Assembly (NCBI RefSeq): GCF_001194135.2
Contig: NC_069007.1
Span: forward strand, 20,420,411-20,463,545
Reading direction: 5' to 3'
Source: Octopus bimaculoides
Taxonomy: Eukaryota
Length of the DNA: 43,135 nt
Shown here: in pieces, positions 1 through 8,233 of the stretch
Position numbering within the stretch: position 1 is the first letter of the stretch
Layout of the letters: each line of letters starts with the position of its first letter
Position numbers and translations under genes: made by a program
The notes under the pieces: model-generated
Databases searched by the model: none
Told to the model about the DNA's origin: nothing
Seen by the model: only the letters and a program-made list of their open reading frames with translations

Positions 1-520
1 TTACAATTATCGAAGAAGGATTTCCCGCAAATTTCACAGTGAAATGTTTTTTCCCCATTGTGAATTCGTTCATGTCTTTTTAAATCATCATTATTAAAGT
101 AAGATTTCCCACATATTTCGCAGTGGAATTCTTTCTTTCCAATGTGAATTATTTTGTGCCTTGTTAAATTACTGTTTGAGGAGAAATATTTCCCACAAAT
201 ATCACATTGAGAGGGTTTGTCTCCAGTGTGTACCCTTTTATGAGCAACAAGTAAATAATTATTTAAGAAGGACTTGCCACATATTTCACAGTGAAATGGT
301 GTTTCTCCAGTGTGAACTCTCTTGTGACCAACGAGTATAGAATTATTTAAGAATGATCTTCCACAGATTTCACAGGTATAACGCTTTCCTTCGGTGTGTA
401 ATCTTTTGTGGACTCCAAGAGAATATATATTGGCAAATAATTTCCCACATGTTTCACAGTGATGAGATTTTTCCGCACCGTGAGTCCTTTTGTGTTTTGT
501 TAAGAAACTCTTATACGCAT
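1..520 (-). CDS. C2H2 zinc-finger gene Z0, internal fragment (5' part in or beyond gap 521-620, 3' end off the window)
   Basis: Missed by the ORF track. Manual minus-strand translation is open: AYKSFLTKHKRTH-GAEKSHH-CETCGKLFANIYSLGVHKRLH-...[75 protein letters not shown]. Five complete and two partial fingers. Confidence 0.9.
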
Positions 521-1271
521 NNNNNNNNNNNNNNNNNNNNNNNNNNNNNNNNNNNNNNNNNNNNNNNNNNNNNNNNNNNNNNNNNNNNNNNNNNNNNNNN
601 NNNNNNNNNNNNNNNNNNNNAATCCAATCTGGCAAAGTTTCTACAGCTGGATGCCCTTCCTAACGCCAACTTGGAATTTTCCTTCCAACTTGGAAATGAG
701 AATTCCTTGAGAACTGCTTTGAAAGTTTTAGTGACCCTCCTTGAGCTGCTTTAAAATTTTGAACTGCCCTCCTCAAACTATTTTAAAAGTTTGACTGGCC
801 CTCCTCAAACTGTTTTAACTCTTTAACATTCAAATTATTCTTTTTAATGTAATGCTCATTTAATCAGATTATTTTAAATCGATCAAGCATTACCTCATTG
901 TTTTTGAAATTTTGATGATGTAGGATAGGTTTCAGAGGGTGAATCTGGCTGGTTTGAGTAATAGATGGATAGAATATTTTGGCTGGATATTGTCAGTTTA
1001 AATACTAAAGGGTTAAAAGTTTGAATGGCTCTCCTCTCTCTACAACCATTGGACAATTGTATAACAGGGTGGACTGGTCATATGCTGTACATCATTTGAA
1101 AATACACACCTCTGAAATTCATCTCTTGTGAAAGCAGAGACATTCTCTGATACAAGGATATGTCTGGAGGTCATGAGAGGGAAAACAAATCTAAGGTTTC
1201 CTCCCTTTGGTTGATAGAGAAGTTAAAATGTCTCTAAGAAAAACTTTAATACATTTGAAATAACAAGCACC

Positions 1272-1434
1272 CACTACACTCTTGGAGTGGTTGGTGTTAG
1301 GAAAGGCATCCAGCTGTAGAAACGCTGCCAAATCAGATTGGAGACTGGTGTAGCCATCTGGTTTCACCAGTCCTCAGTCAAATCGTCCAACCCATGCCAG
1401 TATGGAAAGCGGACGTTAAACGACGATGATGATG
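1272..1434 (+). mobile_element. Non-autonomous SINE-like repeat, 3' end with (GAT)n tail (AGGAAGGGCATCCAGC family)
   Basis: Same sequence family recurs at about 621-670, 1600-1930, 23463-23815, 25455-25700, 37330-37810 and 38822-39045. Confidence 0.75.
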
Positions 1435-1599
1435 AACAATAAAAATTATTTTCCCCAGAAATGGTTCCATATGACTTTTATGTAGAGGTATCCATGTGTC
1501 AGAAGTTTCTTCCAGAGGAGTGATGGTCAGCACTTTATCCATTTCAGCTTCTAATATGGGTTTCTGTCAAAATTCATTCTTGGTCAAACTGCTAAGTCA

Positions 1600-1930
1600 C
1601 AGGGATGTAAACAAACTAATACTGGTTGTGGTGCCACCTAAAAAGCACCATTCGAGTGTGGCTGATGCTAGTGTCACCTGGCTGGCTCCCATGCCGGTGT
1701 CAAATAAAAAGCACCATTTGAGTGTGGTTGAAGCCAGTGCCACCTGACTGGCGCCTGTGCTGGTGGCACATAAAAAGCACCATTTGAGCGTGGTCAATAG
1801 CAGTGCCGTCTGACTGGCTCCTGTGCCACCTGTGAAAAGCACACACTTCACTCTCGGAGTGGTTAGCGTTAGGAAGGGCATCCAGCTGCAGAAACCTTGC
1901 CAAATCAGATTGGAGCCTGGTACAGCCTCG
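1600..1930 (+). mobile_element. Same SINE-like family, 5' part with three ~65-bp tandem subunits
   Basis: Repeated unit AAAAAGCACCATTTGAGTGTGG...GTGCCACCTGACTGGC, followed by the AGGAAGGGCATCCAGCTG core. Confidence 0.7.
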
Positions 1931-3275
1931 TAATATACCCAACAATACCATCGAAAAAGCATCGGGACGCGTTTGATATCCGGTAGGTGAGCTTCTTATG
2001 TTAACTTAGGCCACTTGTAAGGACGTGAAGTCGCGAACCAGTCTTTAAATTTTGTTCATCCAATGATCAGAGCATCCACACACAAACTATTGAAACTCCT
2101 GTAACTAATCGTTATCTACACCATTCTGAAAAGTATTTATAGAAAATTTGATTTTAAAAAATAACCATTTTTCTTTCAGTTATGAGAAAACAAAGTCACC
2201 AAACAACTGAGCAATCAGTATAGTTGGACCACTGTTTATTTTTCTTATCAAATTTATTTCTACGAAAAGTAGCGACGTCTAGAAGTTAATGATTTGGAAT
2301 TACTGTGAGTTAATCTCAGAATACGGCAGATTGTCTATGCTGGGGGCCCAATCAATTCTTGCATAAGCAGATGGTAAAATCTTGGTCGCTAATATTAAAA
2401 TTACTAGCCAAAGAGACAGACTCTCCGGACTCCAACTTAACGGTAAACAAACTTTCCAAACGTAATCCGACTATATTAGATCATTTCGTTTATAATGTGT
2501 AAATGGTGGTGAAAAAAAAAAAAATCATAGATTTTCAAAATTCTTTTGTCTTAAAAAGATGCTCCCCCATCATGCGAATTTCTCTCTTTTGGTAAATATC
2601 GCAGTATTTCTGTCTTTCTGACACATCAACTACTTTCATGTGGTGAAATTTTTTTACAAAGCAAGAAATAACTAAATGTTCGCCTAGCAACGTGTAAGGG
2701 AGGTAATTCGTTAAAAATATCGTCTGCTGAAGCTCTTTAATGAAAGAGGATATAATACACTGGCGCACTTGCTAACGGTGAATTCTGTTGTTGTCTCTTC
2801 CTCTGTTTACAGTTTATGGAATTACCTCACACGTTCCTATTTTTCTCTAATCCTTCCCTCATTTTTACATCTCTCCGTTGATATAATACTGAGCTTATGG
2901 AATCCTTATTCAATATGCTGATCCACATACTTGGCTAGTCTAGAAACAGCTTCCAGAGACTGTATGTTCATATTTTCTATCTAAATTAAATGTCCTTTTT
3001 AAGTGATGCCAAACGTTTTACTTTAATCTATAGCTTCTCATAACTTTATCCACAATTACTAACGTAGATATAAGTCTTGTCTACAATATGTGCCGCCTAA
3101 AGATGTCCCAGCCAGCAATAAACATCCTAGGTGTTATATAGAAAATATATCTACATTGCATATTTTCTCCACCTGTAAAGAGAGTCCCATGGTATAAATA
3201 TCATAATCCAAGAGATTGAACCATAATACAATATAACCAGAGACATTAGTTTTGAAGAATTTATCCAGAATTAAT

Positions 3276-4256
3276 ATGGAAGATGGTAATGACTCGGACA
3301 CTTTTGACAGTATAGATTCAGTTAAACAGACATCCGGCGATGAGAAACCAGCATCACCCAGTAAGAAAACTTTATCTCGTAAAGAACAGTCATCAAAGAG
3401 AAATCTTTATTGTGAAATATGTGGAAAATCATTTACTTACAATTTTTGCCTTATTATTCACAAACGTACTCACACTGGGGAAAAACCCTTCCACTGTGAT
3501 GTATGTGGAAAATCATTTGCCGATAAAAGTTGCTTACCGAGTCACAAAAGGATTCACACTGGAGAAAAACCTTACCATTGTGATACATGTGGGAAATCTT
3601 TTGCTAGGAATACTGCCTTAAAAATTCACAAAACAATTCACACTGGAGAAAAACCATTCCAATGTAATATGTGTGGAGAATCGTTTAGCACCACTAAGTC
3701 TGTTCGAGTTCACAAAAGAAAACACATTGAAGGAAGTCTCTATAATTGCCAGATATGTGGACAATCTTTTTTGATGAAGTCTCATCTCGCTAAACACAAA
3801 ACGATACACACCGGAGAAAAACGGTTCCACTGTGAAATCTGCGGAATGTCATTTGCCATTAAGGGTTCTTTAACAAGTCACAAAAGGGTTCACACGGGAG
3901 AAAAACCTTTCTTTTGCGATATATGTGAGAAATATTTCTACTGTAAGAGTAATTTAACAAGGCACAAGCTACAACATATTGGGGAAAAGGCCTTTCACTG
4001 TGATGTATGTGGAAAATCTTACTTTAATAATTGTGATTTAAAAAGACATAAAAGAATTCATGATGGAGAAAAAACATTTCACTGTGAAATTTGTGGGAAA
4101 TCCTTCTTTGATAATTGTAATCTTATAGCCCACATTCGTAGTCACACTGGAGAAAGGCCCTATCATTGTGATGTCTGTGAGAAATCGTTTACTTATAAAA
4201 GTCACTTGAATACGCATAAACAAAAACACACTGGAGATAGTCCCCTACTGTTGTGA
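3276..4256 (+). CDS. C2H2 zinc-finger protein ZA, 10 fingers, single coding exon
   Basis: ORF 3252..4256; first ATG (MEDGN) at 3276; ten CxxC-x12-HxxxH repeats with TGEKP-like linkers. Confidence 0.93.
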   Translation: MEDGNDSDTFDSIDSVKQTSGDEKPASPSKKTLSRKEQSSKRNLYCEICGKSFTYNFCLIIHKRTHTGEKPFHCDVCGKSFADKSCLPSHKRIHTGEKPYHCDTCGKSFARNTALKIHKTIHTGEKPFQCNMCGESFSTTKSVRVHKRKHIEGSLYNCQICGQSFLMKSHLAKHKTIHTGEKRFHCEICGMSFAIKGSLTSHKRVHTGEKPFFCDICEKYFYCKSNLTRHKLQHIGEKAFHCDVCGKSYFNNCDLKRHKRIHDGEKTFHCEICGKSFFDNCNLIAHIRSHTGERPYHCDVCEKSFTYKSHLNTHKQKHTGDSPLLL

Positions 4257-6329
4257 AATATGTGGAGAAATCATTTGTCTGTCGTAGTAATTAGAACAAA
4301 AACACAATGGAGACAATATTGAAATGATTTGTTTGAAACATTCTCTAGAAATAGAAGCAAAAAGAACAAATTACTGAGAAATTTAAGTAAAAATTTGTGA
4401 TAAAATTTTTACTTTTTTCAGTCACTGAACTGCAACCTTGCTGGAGCCACCACCTTGCAGGGTTTAATCAAACAAATCAGCCCGAACTTATTATATTAGT
4501 CAGTCTTTGCTGAACTGCTAAGTTACATGGATGTAAACAAATTAACACTAGTCAAATAAAGGAGGGTGACAAACACAAAGACACAAATCCCTAAAAGGGA
4601 TGAAAGTGCTAAATGAATACACATTGTTGATTGGTTAAAATTACCCAAATACAACAACTTTAACACAAAATAACTTCTAAAATACAAAATTTTATCTAAA
4701 ATGTTGAAAGTAAACCGTGTTCAGCATGAGAAATTACACCAGTATATGAAGTTTCAAACTGTTTAGTTAAAATAATAAGTAATTAAATAATCTGTGAGTG
4801 AAACTGAAGAGACCCCAAAACCCTTTGTGTTTCAGGCATAAGGAAGGAAGCAGTCTGGGAAATGTCCACTAAGCTTACACCAACATTTGGAGAGTGGCTA
4901 CTAACCTAACGCCAAGGAGTTTGAGTAACAGAATCGGTGTAACTGGACATTTCCTGGACTGCTCTCTTCTGGGGATGAACCTTTGTGCCAGAAATATAAA
5001 GCTTTTTGTAAAACTTTCTTCATTGTTAGAAGATTTCCTTTTCTTTTCCTCCTTCAGAAGTACAATGCTTCAAGCAAACTACAATGTTCTTATTCCATTC
5101 TTCATATTTAATCCTTCTGTTACCATATTTCTGTAGAAATACAGACTTTGTTTTAATTAATTTTGAAAATAAAGGAGAATTTAATGATATACTTTTGTCA
5201 TTATTAAGCTCGTGTTTGGGACATGAATTAATATGAAATTTTGAAGGAAGCTTTTTTTTTTTTTTGTTTTAATTTAAATCACTTTTAAGCTGAAAGTTTG
5301 TATCTTAGAACCAGGAATAGTCTGAACTGGTTTGATGTCAAAAAGGTTTTTATGTAGTTTTGATATTTTTGTCATTTGTTTCACATGCATATATAGAAAT
5401 AGCAACCCAAATGTTTTTAAGTCAGATCCCAATGCTGGATGTTCAAGAACCAAATGAAGGGCAAATTTTCAATGCTGGGATCAACCGGATTCTAAAAAGG
5501 TATAATATGTCTCTGTAGAGCAAACGTAGACTGAGATACAGGGGTCCCAGACAGACAAGATTTTGCTTTTATTAATATAGATATAGAGAAGTATACGGTG
5601 ATATTCATACAGATGTGTTGGACATACCGGGCGTACGATTAAAACAAACTTCACACAAATAATTTTTTAAAATACCAACATGGAGCAAACGAAACGCACT
5701 ATGATATTGAATGTGTTCTCATTCGTTTTTGTCAAATTTATGCAAGTTTAAAGTGTCTTTTGGTGTTTTTGTAATAACCTTTCCGNNNNNNNNNNNNNNN
5801 NNNNNNNNNNNNNNNNNNNNNNNNNNNNNNNNNNNNNNNNNNNNNNNNNNNNNNNNNNNNNNNNNNNNNNNNNNNNNNNNNNNNNNNNNNNNNNNNNNNN
5901 NNNNNNNNNNNNNNNNNNNNNNNNNNNNNNNNNNNNNNNNNNNNNNNNNNNNNNNNNNNNNNNNNNNNNNNNNNNNNNNNNNNNNNNNNNNNNNNNNNNN
6001 NNNNNNNNNNNNNNNNNNNNNNNNNNNNNNNNNNNNNNNNNNNNNNNNNNNNNNNNNNNNNNNNNNNNNNNNNNNNNNNNNNNNNNNNNNNNNNNNNNNN
6101 NNNNNNNNNNNNNNNNNNNNNNNNNNNNNNNNNNNNNNNNNNNNNNNNNNNNNNNNNNNNNNNNNNNNNNNNNNNNNNNNNNNNNNNNNNNNNNNNNNNN
6201 NNNNNNNNNNNNNNNNNNNNNNNNNNGTTTTTCTTTTCACATTCGATATATCCAGCGTTTAATACATATTAAAAAACATTTAATCTGAACGTAAAGAGAG
6301 GTGTGTGTTTTAAAGAAATTACTTTCTCA

Positions 6330-6690
6330 TTTCAGGAAGACCAAGTTAACTTTAGTATTTTCCATTATTGCTATTCCCAATTTGAATCACATCGTTTCCT
6401 GCTATATTTCCTCGCGATATTTATTTTGGTAAATGATGGATCTTTGATTTACCAACGGCTTGAAAACTGTTTCTGTCTGTATTAAATTATGTCAGGGACA
6501 TTTCTGTCACATCACCGGTAGTATCATTGAGGCGAGAGAAAAATCATCAACGGTTGACTCATTATATGTCAGGTAATTTAATTATATTATGTGTAGTAAT
6601 TAACTCAGGAACATTAATGTTTTTAGATAGCTTAAAGCAACCGATATGATGTATCAGACTCGGCGTTCGATCCCCGGGATGATTAAATAT
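6330..6690 (+). promoter_or_regulatory. Conserved 5' module of ZB: AAGTTAACTT motif, TATTAAA, short exon, donor at 6573, intronic hairpin element
   Basis: Same block precedes ZB-ZI, always in gene orientation. CAG|GTAATT donor at 6572/6573; matching acceptor TTTACAG|TTGTG at 7881/7882. Confidence 0.65.
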
Positions 6691-7389
6691 TTCCTTTTCA
6701 TTATAAATACGTTACGTCGTTAATTGATTGTTCCTTAATTGATAACAGTGTCTCCAATTAAAGTATTTTATTATTCTCCTTATTGTGTCTTCTTAGACGT
6801 GTGATCTCCCGGTGCGTGGATCATAATTAAGATTGGGATCCCCTGTTTTACAGGACAGCTGAAATGTGCTTTAATCAACAACTAACGAGTAATTAATTAA
6901 CTTTGCTTGATTCTTCCTTACTTTTCAGGTTATATTTAAGTTTAAAGTATATATCTGTATTGCTGGATCTTGTTAAATTTCTTTCAAATTACCTGAAGTT
7001 TTTCGAATTTCCACGAGAGTATTTTCAAAACATGTCGTTCTGATGTAGTTTTCGATGCTGTCGGCGAATATTGCATCAATTTTTTTTTCCTCAGATTAAT
7101 CTCAAAAAACCTTACAAGCATTTAAAATTATGTAGTTTTAACCAATTGCAATATATATCGCTGGACATACCAGGAAACATGACTGTTTGTCTTCATGGAA
7201 CAGCATACACGACGTCTTTACATGACCACTCGACCTGCTAGAAATAGCAACCAAATCTTTCTTAAATCATAACATTTAAAAAAACAAAATGATAATGCAT
7301 TGTACTACAACACTGTTTATTTCTTCACTTGAGGCAGACCCAGGTGGTTTCAGCTTAGTGAGTTGCTCTTATTATATTTAAATTAATGT

Positions 7390-7475
7390 TTAGGCGGCGA
7401 GCTTAGTGGCGTTTCGTTCGTCTTTACGTTCTGAGTTCAAATCCCGCCGAGGTCGACTTTGTTTTTCATCGTTTT
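7390..7475 (+). mobile_element. tRNA-derived SINE head fragment in the ZB intron
   Basis: GGCGGCGAGCT...GAGTTCAAATCC (B-box-like)...GTCGACTTTG; same family as 28905-29095 (-). Confidence 0.65.
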
Positions 7476-8151
7476 GGGTGCATAACTTCCAGAAAAACGG
7501 ATACTTTTTAACGAATTTTTCAACAAATTATCGCTTAGATCCTCTAGATTTAGTGTATGTAAAAAGATTTGTTGGAAAAAAATTGGGTGGGGGAGTTTCG
7601 GTAAATTCACACGTTCCGACATTCCCCCCCCCCTCATACCTTTCTGGAAAATAGGTATTTTTTAATGAAATTTTGGCTATCTTTCGATTTGATGTGAGGA
7701 AATGTCAAGTGAAAGGCACATGGGTTTCTTTACATCTAATCGGCCTGCAGTCTCATGATCACTTGTAACCAAAGAGGTCTTGACCCTTTACTAAGTGTGT
7801 GTGATCAATTGTTATTTATTCAGACTTGATATACTTTGACCAACATTTGTCTTATACAGTCATATTTTTTTTCTTTTACAGTTGTGCTGAATGTTCCATT
7901 ACAAACTGTCATATAAAAATACCAGTTCCACCAGAATATTTGCTACCAGTTATTTATGGATACCCTCTTTCTCTAAGTCTTCAGCCTACATAACTTCTTT
8001 TCACTATATCTGCAATTATTAATGTAGTCTTTTTGTCTACAGTGTGTGTGCCACGTAGAGATGTCCCAGCCAGAAACAAACATTCTGAGTGTTCTGCAGA
8101 AAATAAATCTATGTTGAATATTTTCTCCACCTGTAAACAGTGTCCCATGAG

Positions 8152-8184
8152 ATGGATATCATAAGACAAGAAATTGAACCATAA
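8152..8184 (+). other. Upstream ORF MDIIRQEIEP* (exemplar; homologues before all nine genes with a visible 5' end)
   Basis: ATG GAT ATC ATA AGA CAA GAA ATT GAA CCA TAA, followed by TAG; out of frame with the main ATG and ending 49 nt before it. Confidence 0.55.
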
Positions 8185-8233
8185 TAGATTATATCCACAG
8201 ACATCAGTTTTCAAGAATTCTTCCAGAGCTAAT

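Noticed and set aside
2535-2768. 77-aa minus-strand ORF upstream of ZA
   Set aside because: No recognisable domain or paralogue in the window; length is compatible with chance.
6640-6690. Intronic element as a tRNA gene or C/D snoRNA (GTTCGATCC, ATGATG)
   Set aside because: No cloverleaf or A box, the B-box-like bases are not kept in other copies, and there is no consistent terminal CTGA D box.
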